Assembly (NCBI GenBank): GCA_022711115.1
Contig: JAKLFP010000001.1
Span: forward strand, 5,183-69,182
From: Candidatus Omnitrophota bacterium
GTDB taxonomy: Bacteria; Omnitrophota; Omnitrophia; Omnitrophales; Aquincolibacteriaceae
Direction: 5' to 3'
Length of the DNA: 64,000 nt
Part shown: piece after piece, positions 19,598 to 28,751 of the stretch
Position numbering within the stretch: the first letter of the stretch is position 1
How the letters are laid out: each line of letters starts with the position of its first letter
Translations under genes and position numbers: made by a program
Notes under the pieces: generated by a model
Seen by the model: the letters and a program-made list of their open reading frames with translations, nothing else
Database searches by the model: none
Told to the model about the DNA's origin: nothing

Positions 19598-20833
19598 TTA
19601 TACGGTTTCTGATTTTGAAAGCTTCAGAAAAACACTGTCCAGAATATTTATGCCAAGTTTTATTTCCTTTGGCGTTACCGTCATGGGCGGCATGATACGC
19701 AACACATCACCTTGCGTCGCATTAATCAAAAGCCCCTGCGTCCGGGCCTCATTGGCATATGGGACCGAAGGCTCTTTCAGTTTTAAGGCACGCATCAAAG
19801 CCATCCCCCGTGATGTTTCGATCAGTGCCGGATACTTCGCCTGAAGCTTCTCACATGCTTGCCCCAAAAGTTCCCCCATTTCGATCGTATGCGTCAGTAA
19901 TTTTTCTTTCTTGATGGCCTTGAACACCGCGAGCGCTGCTGCGCAAACAAGTGGACTCCCGCCAAACGTCGATCCGTGCATTCCCGCCGTCAGCACTTCT
20001 CTTTTGATCTTCCGGTTCACAACAAAAGCGCCGATCGGGATACCGCCGCCTAACGTCTTGGCGAGCGTCATGATATCCGGTTCAAGTCCATAATGCTGGT
20101 ACGCGAACATCTTGCCCGTACGGCCCATGCCGGTCTGGACTTCGTCGAAAATCATAAGCATGTCTTTTTCATCGCAAAGTTTTCGGATTCCCTCAAGAAA
20201 CTCCCGAGTCGCTACGTTAACACCGCCCTCCCCCTGGATCGGTTCGAGCATGATCGCGATGGTTTTGTCCGTCACAAGTTTCTTTACCGAATCGAGATCA
20301 TTGAAATCTGCATAAGAAAACTTTTCCATCAGCGGTTGAAAACCTTGATGGAACTTCTCCTGTCCTGTCGCGGTCATGGCCACAAGCGTTCTCCCGTGGA
20401 AGGAGTTCTTCATGGTAATAATCTCAAAACGTCCGGTCTCACTTCCGTATTTTTTGACAAATTTGATCGCACCTTCATTGGCTTCGGCGCCGCTATTACA
20501 AAAAAAGACACGCGCGGGAAACGAGGCTTCCGAGATTGTTTTCGCGAGCTCAGCCTGTTTGATATTCAAAAAATTATTCGAAATATGGAGCATCTTCCGA
20601 GCTTGATCCTTGATCGCATTGACCACCCGGGGATGGCAATGACCGATCCCGGAAACCGCCCATCCGGGAAAGAAATCCAGATATACTTTGCCCTCGAGAT
20701 CCCAAACACGCGAACCTTTACCTTTGACCAGACAGATCGGCAACCGGGCGTAGGTCGGCAAAATATAATCTTCGTAGAGTTTTTGAACGTCAGTGGTTTT
20801 CATAAAATTCGTCATCTGTGAAGTGTGAAGCAT
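19598..20833 (-). CDS. argD: acetylornithine aminotransferase
   Basis: Class-III aminotransferase: YILPTYARLPICLVKGKGSRVWD, FDEVQTGMGRTG (PLP Lys region). The exact start among three in-frame Met codons is uncertain. Confidence 0.85.
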   Translation of the reverse strand: MLHTSQMTNFMKTTDVQKLYEDYILPTYARLPICLVKGKGSRVWDLEGKVYLDFFPGWAVSGIGHCHPRVVNAIKDQARKMLHISNNFLNIKQAELAKTISEASFPARVFFCNSGAEANEGAIKFVKKYGSETGRFEIITMKNSFHGRTLVAMTATGQEKFHQGFQPLMEKFSYADFNDLDSVKKLVTDKTIAIMLEPIQGEGGVNVATREFLEGIRKLCDEKDMLMIFDEVQTGMGRTGKMFAYQHYGLEPDIMTLAKTLGGGIPIGAFVVNRKIKREVLTAGMHGSTFGGSPLVCAAALAVFKAIKKEKLLTHTIEMGELLGQACEKLQAKYPALIETSRGMALMRALKLKEPSVPYANEARTQGLLINATQGDVLRIMPPMTVTPKEIKLGINILDSVFLKLSKSETV

Positions 20834-20858
20834 CTCTCGAATTCCGCTTCACGTTTCA

Positions 20859-21725
20859 CTATAAGGTAATCTCCGTTCCGATACCTTGATCGGTGAAAAT
20901 TTCAAGCAAAAGAGCGTGCGTGATGCGGCCATCAATGATATGAGCCTTCGGGATACCACCCTCCAGGGCATCGATGCAGGCCTTCACTTTGGGGATCATA
21001 CCGCCGGAAATAATTTTTTGATCAATCAATTGCTGCGTATCTTTCACGCGAAGCGACGGAATTAAGGTTTCTTCGTTCGCCGGATCTCGCATAATCCCTT
21101 GTACGTTTGTGAGCACCATAAATTTTTGTACATTCATGGCTGCCGCAATATTAGCCGCCGCTTCATCCGCGTTCACATTATACATTTCCCCGTCCGGACC
21201 TTTACCTACGGGAAAAATCACGGGAATTCTGCCAAATTCCGTAAGCTCTTTAAGAGGAACTGTGTTAACGGAGGCAACATCCCCGACATAACCAACATCC
21301 CCATTTTCCGTATGCTTGACAACGTTAAGAATCTCCGCATTAAAACCAGAAAGCCCGACTGCGGCACCTCCCAAACGTTCAATGTCACGCACGATGCTTC
21401 GATTAAGTTCCCCCAACGTCTCATTAACCACTTCAATCGTCGCCTTGTCTGTCACACGTAAACCGTTCACAAACTGACTCTGGATTCCTTTTTTCTTCAT
21501 ATTATCCGTAATAAACTTCCCGCCCCCGTGGATCAGAATCGGCCGGATCCCCACACAACTCATGAACACAAGATCCTGAAGCACCATATCACGAACTTCC
21601 TGATAAGTCAGTGCTGCGCCTCCGTATTTAATAAGGATTTCCTTGCCTCGGAACTTCTGAATATAAGGAAGCGCTTCAATCAGAACATTGGCTTTTGCGA
21701 TATATTCTTTCATCATGGTAATCAT
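20859..21725 (-). CDS. argB: acetylglutamate kinase
   Basis: 288 aa. ILIKYGGAA amino-acid-kinase motif. A 4-nt overlap with the argJ stop. Confidence 0.9.
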   Translation of the reverse strand: MITMMKEYIAKANVLIEALPYIQKFRGKEILIKYGGAALTYQEVRDMVLQDLVFMSCVGIRPILIHGGGKFITDNMKKKGIQSQFVNGLRVTDKATIEVVNETLGELNRSIVRDIERLGGAAVGLSGFNAEILNVVKHTENGDVGYVGDVASVNTVPLKELTEFGRIPVIFPVGKGPDGEMYNVNADEAAANIAAAMNVQKFMVLTNVQGIMRDPANEETLIPSLRVKDTQQLIDQKIISGGMIPKVKACIDALEGGIPKAHIIDGRITHALLLEIFTDQGIGTEITL

Positions 21726-22942
21726 GAATAAGCGGCATTGATGAGCACATATTTCGTCGTCAGATCCGACGTAATAAACTCTGCCCGTCCTCTTCCCTTT
21801 CCAATCACCACATCAATCGTGTATTCTTTTTTCTGTAAGATACGCCTCGCCCTTGGAAGATTAAGCACCCTCAGCCTTCCCTGATTCACCACCTGCGCGT
21901 CTCCGAACCAGATACTCAAATGATTGGGATTGAAATCCACACCACTGGCACCAACCGCGGCCGCGATGCGTCCCCAGTTCGGATTCGAACCCGCAAGCAT
22001 CGTCTTGAAAAGCATAGAATTGGCAATCTGCCGCGCGGCACGTTCTGCATCCGTGGGCTTTTTTGCACCCGAGACCCGGAGCCGGCAAACATGTGTTACG
22101 CCTTCACCGTCAGTGACCATTTCATGTGCAATATAGCGCATAACTTCTTCCAAAGTTTCCCGGAACATCCAGTAGTCTTTGCCGATTTTTTGGATCGTGG
22201 GATTGCCAGCTTCTCCGTTTGCAAGACAAAGCACCATATCGTTTGTGCTCATATCATTATCTATTGCCATCTGATTGAATGTATCATCCGCCGCATGGCG
22301 TACCGCCCGCCGGAGAAGGGATTTTGTGATAGCAGCATCCGTCGTGATAAAACAAAGCATGGTCGCCATATTCGGATGGACCATGCCAGCGCCTTTCGCA
22401 CAAGCTGCAATCGTGACTTTTTTCCCGCTTAATTCCAACGACAATGCAATCTCTTTACTGGAAAGATCGGTCGTCAGGATTCCTTTTGCCGCGCCATGTC
22501 CACCGCTCTCGGAAAGACGTTTCGCTAATTTCGGGATTGCGCGTTTGACGCAACTGATCGGGAAAGGAACACCAATGATTCCAGTCTGCGCGAGCAGGAC
22601 TTCCTGAGGCAGGATCTCAAGATATTTCGCGGCCTCCCACGTGATCTCATCAACCGCTTTTTTACCAATAGCCCCATTTAGACAGTTTGCGTTCCCGCTT
22701 GTCCCGAGAATTGCGTGATGTTTCGCCCCCTGAATAGCTTTCATGGAATAAAGCACCGGCCAAGCCTTGGCGCGGTTTGTTGTAAAAGTCCCGGCAGCCA
22801 CACAAGGCGCTTTGGAATAAATCAGAGAAACGTCATATTTTTTCTTTTTCTTTTTGATGCCGGCATGAATCCCGCCCGCAACAAAGCCAAGCGGCGTCGT
22901 AACCGAACCATTCCGTTCCTTTTTCCAAAATAACTTTTTCAT
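21722..22942 (-). CDS. argJ: bifunctional ornithine acetyltransferase / N-acetylglutamate synthase
   Basis: 406 aa. The ATML autocleavage motif is present (HPNMATMLCFITTD). Confidence 0.9.
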   Translation of the reverse strand: MKKLFWKKERNGSVTTPLGFVAGGIHAGIKKKKKKYDVSLIYSKAPCVAAGTFTTNRAKAWPVLYSMKAIQGAKHHAILGTSGNANCLNGAIGKKAVDEITWEAAKYLEILPQEVLLAQTGIIGVPFPISCVKRAIPKLAKRLSESGGHGAAKGILTTDLSSKEIALSLELSGKKVTIAACAKGAGMVHPNMATMLCFITTDAAITKSLLRRAVRHAADDTFNQMAIDNDMSTNDMVLCLANGEAGNPTIQKIGKDYWMFRETLEEVMRYIAHEMVTDGEGVTHVCRLRVSGAKKPTDAERAARQIANSMLFKTMLAGSNPNWGRIAAAVGASGVDFNPNHLSIWFGDAQVVNQGRLRVLNLPRARRILQKKEYTIDVVIGKGRGRAEFITSDLTTKYVLINAAYS

Positions 22943-23018
22943 CGATACTGTTCTCCATTAAATCTTAGGGGTTAACAGCATTCTATCGTGTACCCCTAGA
23001 AATTAACATAACACGGTG

Positions 23019-24041
23019 CTAAAGGAGCCCCGCTTCTTCCGGAAAACCAAACCGGATGTTCATATTCTGCACAGCCTGACCGGCTGCACCTTTCACAAGA
23101 TTATCAATTGCTGTCAAAATCACAACACGCCCCGTCCTTGTATCCACCGAAAGTCCGATATCGCAAAAATTGGTGTGCTGAACTTCCTTTGTAGAAGGGA
23201 ACTGGCCTCCGGGTTTGATCCTTATGAATACATCATCGCCGTAAGCCGATATTAAGACTTTCCGTAATTTTGCTTCGGTAGCTTGCCTGGTCGGTTCGGC
23301 ATAAAGGGTGGCCAGAATGCCCCTTGAAATCGGCAAAAGATGCGGCACAAAAGTGATTTTTACTGTTTTTCCGGCAGCTTGCGAAAGATTCTGTTCGATC
23401 TCGGGCGTGTGCTGGTGTTTATTGACTTTGTAAGCGTTGAAATTCTCATGAGCTTCGCAAAAATGCGTTGCCGCCACAAGCTTTTTCCCGGCCCCACTGA
23501 CTCCGGATGCCGCATTAATAATAATTGAGTCGGGGTTGATCAATTTTTTTTTCAATAGCGGGATTAATGCAAGCGACGGTCCGGTCGGATAGCATCCAGG
23601 ATTGGAGATTAAATCTGCTTTTTTGATCTTTGCCCTGTTCACTTCTGAAAGCCCGTAAACAGCCTGTTTTAAACGCGCAGGAAAATTGTGCTGTACCCCG
23701 TACCATTTAGGATAAAGTTCCGGATCTTTAAGTCGGAAATCAGCAGAAAGGTCGATCACAACTTTTCCTGCATTCAGAAATTGATCCCCAACCGTCATCG
23801 CCTCCGTATGAGGAAGACAAAGAAAAACAACATCCGCCTTCTTTTTGACTTCGTCAAAAGAATAAGGTGTGATTTGGAGCTTGATTTTTTTAGAGACCGA
23901 AGGCAGGATTTCTTCAATAGGAATCGCTTTTTCCTGCCGGGTGGTCAGAATGGAAACCCGAACGTGGGGATGAGCCAAAAGCAATTTTGTAAGTTCGGCT
24001 CCAGTATATCCCGTGGCGCCCAGAACCGCGCAATTAAGCAT
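23019..24041 (-). CDS. argC: N-acetyl-gamma-glutamyl-phosphate reductase
   Basis: MLNCAVLGATGYTGAELTKLL... Rossmann N-terminus, catalytic Cys region PGCYPTG. First gene of the arg run. Confidence 0.9.
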   Translation of the reverse strand: MLNCAVLGATGYTGAELTKLLLAHPHVRVSILTTRQEKAIPIEEILPSVSKKIKLQITPYSFDEVKKKADVVFLCLPHTEAMTVGDQFLNAGKVVIDLSADFRLKDPELYPKWYGVQHNFPARLKQAVYGLSEVNRAKIKKADLISNPGCYPTGPSLALIPLLKKKLINPDSIIINAASGVSGAGKKLVAATHFCEAHENFNAYKVNKHQHTPEIEQNLSQAAGKTVKITFVPHLLPISRGILATLYAEPTRQATEAKLRKVLISAYGDDVFIRIKPGGQFPSTKEVQHTNFCDIGLSVDTRTGRVVILTAIDNLVKGAAGQAVQNMNIRFGFPEEAGLL

Positions 24042-24058
24042 TTTTTTCGTTTTTTCTC

Positions 24059-24072
24059 CTTCACTAGTGAAG
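24059..24072. promoter_or_regulatory. 14-bp perfect palindrome CTTCACTAGTGAAG between the arg promoter -10 and the argC RBS; candidate operator
   Basis: Read directly from the sequence. It sits in the 5' UTR of the arg transcript. It does not match the E. coli/B. subtilis ARG-box consensus. Confidence 0.4.
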
Positions 24073-24082
24073 CAAATTTTGT

Positions 24083-24111
24083 ATTATAGGAATAGCTCTA
24101 TCCTTTGTCAA
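24083..24111 (-). promoter_or_regulatory. sigma70-type promoter for the arg operon: TTGACA-17 nt-TATAAT (both hexamers perfect consensus), read on the minus strand
   Basis: Reverse complement of 24083-24111 is TTGACAAAGGATAGAGCTATTCCTATAAT. An AGGAGA Shine-Dalgarno follows before the argC ATG. Confidence 0.7.
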
Positions 24112-24204
24112 TTTAAGAAGTTACGAAAAATGCCTGTTTTTTTATGCGTTTTAATCGATCCTTCCTATCCTATAGGTATAAAAGAACTTATGACATTTTC
24201 CCTA

Positions 24205-24233
24205 TTGACAGAAATTGAAAAAACTTTTATGGT
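24205..24233 (+). promoter_or_regulatory. promoter for rnc: TTGACA-17 nt-TATGGT, -10 ending 6 nt before the ATG (probably leaderless mRNA)
   Basis: TTGACAGAAATTGAAAAAACTTTTATGGTACAAGCATGG. No room for an SD. Confidence 0.5.
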
Positions 24234-24239
24234 ACAAGC

Positions 24240-24965
24240 ATGGCAAAAAGATCGACCTCTAAAGATCCTCATACAAAGATTTCTTTACGTAAGGTCCTGA
24301 AAATACCACTTCACAATCTTTCCTGGTATCGCGCTGCCTTGAGTCATCCTTCTTTCCGGAATGAAAACTTCTCCAAAACAAAGGAACTGGAGGATTTTGA
24401 CAGGCTTGAATTCCTTGGTGACTCCATCCTCAATGAGGTCATTTGCCAAAAGCTATTCGTTGTTTTCCCGGAAGCCGATGAAGGTATGCTTAGCAAATTA
24501 CGCTCGATCCTGGTTTCGCAAAGAATTTTGAGCCGTATCGCCAAAACTCTCAAACTTCGAAAAATACTTCTGCTCGGAAGACACCTCCAACACAATTTTA
24601 ACGGGCAACTTGAGATCAAGATTCTGACGGATGCCCTAGAAGCTCTTTTTGCCGCGATCTACTTCGATCACGGCCACGAAAAAATCGAAGCTTTTATCCT
24701 AAAACATTTCAAGGGCTATTTTGACCCAAAACTTCTTTTTCGCCTGGATCCGAATCCTAAAAGCACTCTCCAGGAAATGACACTCAAAAAATGGAAGAAA
24801 CTTCCAGAATATCGCCACAGTTATTCCCCAAAGGGGGTAAAAACCATTGCCTCGATCGGGCGAAAACGAAAAGCCGTCGGGTGGGACAAAATCAAGCGGG
24901 AATCGGAATTAAAAGCTGCGCGTGCTTTAATCCAGCTTTTAAGAAAAGAATTCAAGAAAAAGTAA
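24240..24965 (+). CDS. rnc: ribonuclease III
   Basis: 241 aa. RNase III signature ERLEFLGDS, C-terminal dsRBD with a basic tail. Confidence 0.85.
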   Translation: MAKRSTSKDPHTKISLRKVLKIPLHNLSWYRAALSHPSFRNENFSKTKELEDFDRLEFLGDSILNEVICQKLFVVFPEADEGMLSKLRSILVSQRILSRIAKTLKLRKILLLGRHLQHNFNGQLEIKILTDALEALFAAIYFDHGHEKIEAFILKHFKGYFDPKLLFRLDPNPKSTLQEMTLKKWKKLPEYRHSYSPKGVKTIASIGRKRKAVGWDKIKRESELKAARALIQLLRKEFKKK

Positions 24966-24995
24966 CGTGCAGCAAAACGCTTTGCGCGTCTCCCT

Positions 24996-27479
24996 TTATT
25001 CTATGACAAGTTCGCAAAGAATATCTTTTACATTACCTCGAAAGATTTTTTTAACTAGATTTTCAACCTGCGCCGGATCCGGTTTGAGTTCGGGAGATGA
25101 AAGCGCACCGGAAAGCAGTATCGGGATCGGCCCCAAGTGAGCTTTGGTTTCCTTGCTCAGGGATGAAGCCATGCCCGGTAAAATTTTTGAAGCTAGCTCG
25201 GCGGACAGAAAATTATCCGTTCGAAAATTCATAAGCCCGTCAAACCCCAAGGTTCCTTCTCCATCTATAATATAATCTCGGCTTTTAATCAGGAGATCGT
25301 CTGTTGAGATTTTTTCGTCAGAAACTTGCCAATGCAAGTTCATCGAATCAAACTCGCTCAAAGATGGCACCGCATCCTTAATGCGGCTTAAGGGTTCGAT
25401 CGCTGCAATCACGTTTTTGAGATCAAAAGATTGAAACCGACCTTTTGTCACCATCAACTCGCCTTGTCCCTTAAGCGATTTGGCCCCAATGTTCTTGTCC
25501 CACCCTGCTCCTTCAAGTTTGCCTTTCAGCGAAAGTGTCCCTTCAAGAATTTTCAAAGACGCATCCTGACGGCTCAAAAAAAGCCCCAAATTCAAGCCTT
25601 GGATTTCACCTTCACCATAATAACTGGGTTCTTTGCCGTGATAATGGATCCATCCCTTGAGGTTCGCCTGGCCTTCATAGCTTTCGAATTTCAACGAAGT
25701 GATCGCCGCTTTCTTGTCGCTATATTCAATCTCTGTCGAAAGATTCTTCAACGAACGGTCCCCCGGGAAAAGATTCCCCAGGGATTCCTTCACCTGATCA
25801 TAAATATCCGGCTCGGACTTTTTAGATTTATCCTGAAAAATCGCGGCAACCGATTGCCATGCTTCAAATGGCTTGAGTTCTTCGGAAGTCAACTTTCCTT
25901 CCGCTTTTATTTTTTCAAAATCCCCGGTAATTTTGAGATCCGCCATAAGCCTTGACCCTCCCAGATCAAACTGCATCTGACGAGCCTCAAACATCAGCGG
26001 GCTATAATCGATGGACAACACCGCGTTGCTTATCCCTTTGCCTTCCGAAGTGGTTAAAGCACCCTGTTCGATGGTCACATTCAAAATGCGTTCGGCCTTT
26101 TCCAGTTTAAGAAGGTCCCCTTTCCAATCCGCAAGTATTTTTGCATCCCCTGCCAGTTTGTAGTTAGCAAGCGCGGGAATATATTCTTCCCATCCAGTCA
26201 TGGAAAATTTATTTGTAATAAGATTGAGTTGCCCTCTTCCCGTTTTTATATTGAGATCCGCCAAAGTCCCTTTTAAACTCATGTCCTGGAACTTTAATGA
26301 AAAATCGCCTGATATCGTTTCGCCTTTTTGGACCAAAACATCCATGCTCAGATCAAGCGGAACATCCTTGGGTTTGAAAAAATATTGCCCATAAGTAAGG
26401 AGCGTCTGGGCAAGAGCCCAATTGAGATGGACTGATAAATGATCCAGCGTCCCTTCCAAGGACAGGGCCCATTTGTTCGGACCCGAAAATCCAATATGAA
26501 ACGGGAGAGCTTTCTCAAGTCTTGGCCAATATTTCAACAGATTTTCAAGCACCATTTGGGATCCCGTCAGATGCATGCCTGCAATCTCTCCCGTACTGAG
26601 CTTCAATCCCCCGTTCGCTTCAAAATCGCCAAAAGGCATTTTGATTTTCATTTTTTGCAACTTCAGTTCCTCTGTATTATGATTCCAATGTGCCGAAACA
26701 TCCCACTCCATATCGAGAGAAGGCGGTATGACCCATTCTTTTTCCTGCAAAACTTCATAAGTCAGGCCTTTGCCGCTGCCGCTCGCTTTCAGCTCCAGAA
26801 AAGCTTCATTCGCTTTTTTGTGAATCTCCATAAGTGTATTGATCTGACCGGCTTTGAATAAAAAAGAACGTTTGGGGTCATAATTGTTCTCTTTCGCGAC
26901 ATGGTTCATGGAAAGTTCTTTTATTTCCGCAATAAAATGCCCCACTGCTTTGAGCCAATCCCATTTTTCGATTGAATCTAAAATAGCATACCCTTTCACT
27001 GAAAAAACCTTGGATTGACCGTTAACGCTGCTCACAAAATTCAAGGGGATAGGCATCTTCGGACGAATCGCTCCTATCTGAAGAGAGAAATTTTCCAATT
27101 TGACTGGGCTCATGAAGCTTGAGAATGGCAGCGAGAAGTTGGCTTCCCCCGACTGAATAAAAAAAGCGACGGGATCGGCCCGGCCCAAGAAAAGCGGCAG
27201 AATGCTAAAATCAAAGCTTATTTTCTCCGCTTCCACCTTAAGCGACTCATTGACAAAAGTAAGTTGCGGACTTTCAAGAATAAGCTGAGGCTGCGGGAAG
27301 TAAGCTACTTGAAAACCTTGATAGCGGAGCGTACCTTCGGTGAGCGTTTGGATCTTCTGGACAAGCATCTCCTGTATTTTGGGAGACGGAAGCAAGCGCT
27401 TTGTCTGAAACCAAAGACCCAAGATAAAAAACGCGGCAACAAGAACAATGAGGATCAGAAATTGATAGCGTTTTTTCAT
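24996..27479 (-). CDS. AsmA-family-like large envelope protein (827 aa, N-terminal membrane anchor)
   Basis: N-terminal TM QFLILIVLVAAFFILGLWF followed by a long, predicted periplasmic beta-rich region. Size and architecture resemble AsmA/TamB-like proteins. Family assignment is by resemblance only. Confidence 0.5.
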   Translation of the reverse strand: MKKRYQFLILIVLVAAFFILGLWFQTKRLLPSPKIQEMLVQKIQTLTEGTLRYQGFQVAYFPQPQLILESPQLTFVNESLKVEAEKISFDFSILPLFLGRADPVAFFIQSGEANFSLPFSSFMSPVKLENFSLQIGAIRPKMPIPLNFVSSVNGQSKVFSVKGYAILDSIEKWDWLKAVGHFIAEIKELSMNHVAKENNYDPKRSFLFKAGQINTLMEIHKKANEAFLELKASGSGKGLTYEVLQEKEWVIPPSLDMEWDVSAHWNHNTEELKLQKMKIKMPFGDFEANGGLKLSTGEIAGMHLTGSQMVLENLLKYWPRLEKALPFHIGFSGPNKWALSLEGTLDHLSVHLNWALAQTLLTYGQYFFKPKDVPLDLSMDVLVQKGETISGDFSLKFQDMSLKGTLADLNIKTGRGQLNLITNKFSMTGWEEYIPALANYKLAGDAKILADWKGDLLKLEKAERILNVTIEQGALTTSEGKGISNAVLSIDYSPLMFEARQMQFDLGGSRLMADLKITGDFEKIKAEGKLTSEELKPFEAWQSVAAIFQDKSKKSEPDIYDQVKESLGNLFPGDRSLKNLSTEIEYSDKKAAITSLKFESYEGQANLKGWIHYHGKEPSYYGEGEIQGLNLGLFLSRQDASLKILEGTLSLKGKLEGAGWDKNIGAKSLKGQGELMVTKGRFQSFDLKNVIAAIEPLSRIKDAVPSLSEFDSMNLHWQVSDEKISTDDLLIKSRDYIIDGEGTLGFDGLMNFRTDNFLSAELASKILPGMASSLSKETKAHLGPIPILLSGALSSPELKPDPAQVENLVKKIFRGNVKDILCELVIE

Positions 27480-27585
27480 GGCCCTTGATTTCTCGCTTTA
27501 AGCCCATCGTCTTTGTAAAGACTTCGGACCGGGAGAACTGCAATTACTGGTTTGAATTCAATTGCACCGCCCCGACAGGGTTGTA

Positions 27586-27613
27586 ATTATAATCATCCAG
27601 GAATCCTTGGCAA
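27586..27613 (-). promoter_or_regulatory. promoter for the AsmA-like gene: TTGCCA-17 nt-TATAAT (minus strand)
   Basis: Reverse complement reads TTGCCAAGGATTCCTGGATGATTATAAT. It is located ~110 nt upstream of the ATG at 27479. Confidence 0.55.
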
Positions 27614-27668
27614 CCTATCAGGATAAAAGCGAGGGCTAATAAGAAAAGTCCGAAAAAAAAGAACCGCA

Positions 27669-28067
27669 TTAACGTTTTGTAAATTGGAAGCTTCTGCGAG
27701 CACCCTTGCGACCCGGTTTTTTCCGTTCTTTTTCCCGCGGATCACGCGTCATAAAACCACCCTTACGCATGGTCGCACGCATCTCGGGATTGAAACTCAC
27801 AAGTGCTCTTGCTATACCGAGTTGAATTGCCCCAGCCTGTCCCGAAACACCACCGCCTTCCACGCGTGCCCGGACTCGTACTTGTCCGATTAAGTTAGCG
27901 GATTTGAGCGGTTGCTCGACAAGCATTTGAAGGTTTGCGCGTTTCAGGTACTTTGCAGAATCCTGACCGTTAACAATGAAGCCCTTTTGCCCCGGAAAAA
28001 CCCAAACACGGGCAATAGCAGATTTACGGCGTCCTGTAGCATAAAAAGATGTGGCAGAAGCTGTCAT
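27669..28067 (-). CDS. rpsI: 30S ribosomal protein S9
   Basis: GRRKSAIARVWVFPGQ... and the C-terminal ...FQFTKR typical of S9. Confidence 0.9.
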   Translation of the reverse strand: MTASATSFYATGRRKSAIARVWVFPGQKGFIVNGQDSAKYLKRANLQMLVEQPLKSANLIGQVRVRARVEGGGVSGQAGAIQLGIARALVSFNPEMRATMRKGGFMTRDPREKERKKPGRKGARRSFQFTKR

Positions 28068-28069
28068 AC

Positions 28070-28501
28070 TTATTTAACCTCAATTAAAGTGGGTTTTTGC
28101 GCCTTATTCCGATATTCGGCTCCCGCATAAACGCGAAGCCTTTTGAGCATCACATCACCGTTGCGCGTCTTGGGAAGCATACGGGAAACCGCGCGCATAA
28201 TAATTTCAGTCGGTTTTTTTTCCATAAGTTCTTCATAGGTATAAGTTTTCAAGCCCCCGGGAAAACCCGTAAAATGCTTATAGATCTTATCCTCTTTCTT
28301 TTTCCCTGTCACAAGAACTTTCTCGGCGTTAATGATGATCACTTGATCCCCTGTGAGCATATCCTTGGCGAAGCAGGTCTTCCCCTTACCGATAAGAAGG
28401 GTTGCCACACGCGTTGCGAGGCGCCCCAGGGTTTTCCCCGTGGCGTCAATCAAATAGCTCTTACGATTAATGTCTTTGTCCTTTGGGATAAAAGTCTTCA
28501 T
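28070..28501 (-). CDS. rplM: 50S ribosomal protein L13
   Basis: MKTFIPKDKDINRKSYLIDATGKTLGRLATRVA... Start trimmed to the MKTF codon. Lies 2 nt upstream of rpsI. Confidence 0.9.
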   Translation of the reverse strand: MKTFIPKDKDINRKSYLIDATGKTLGRLATRVATLLIGKGKTCFAKDMLTGDQVIIINAEKVLVTGKKKEDKIYKHFTGFPGGLKTYTYEELMEKKPTEIIMRAVSRMLPKTRNGDVMLKRLRVYAGAEYRNKAQKPTLIEVK

Positions 28502-28751
28502 AAATCTCTCTTCTATGATCAATATCAATTAGGGGAAACTGTATAGGAGGAAAATACTTTCCTGCAGCTTAGATTTCCCGAAAAGTTGACAAAGTATACC
28601 AAAGCCCTTGGAACCTGTCAAAACTATTTGGAAAAATCTTTACAACTTGATTCTCTGCTTATAAAGGAGTAAATTCCTATGTTTTCTTTTCTTGATTCTG
28701 ATACGCTAGTAAAATAATTTTTATATTATCAGAAATCGTATTAACCTCATT

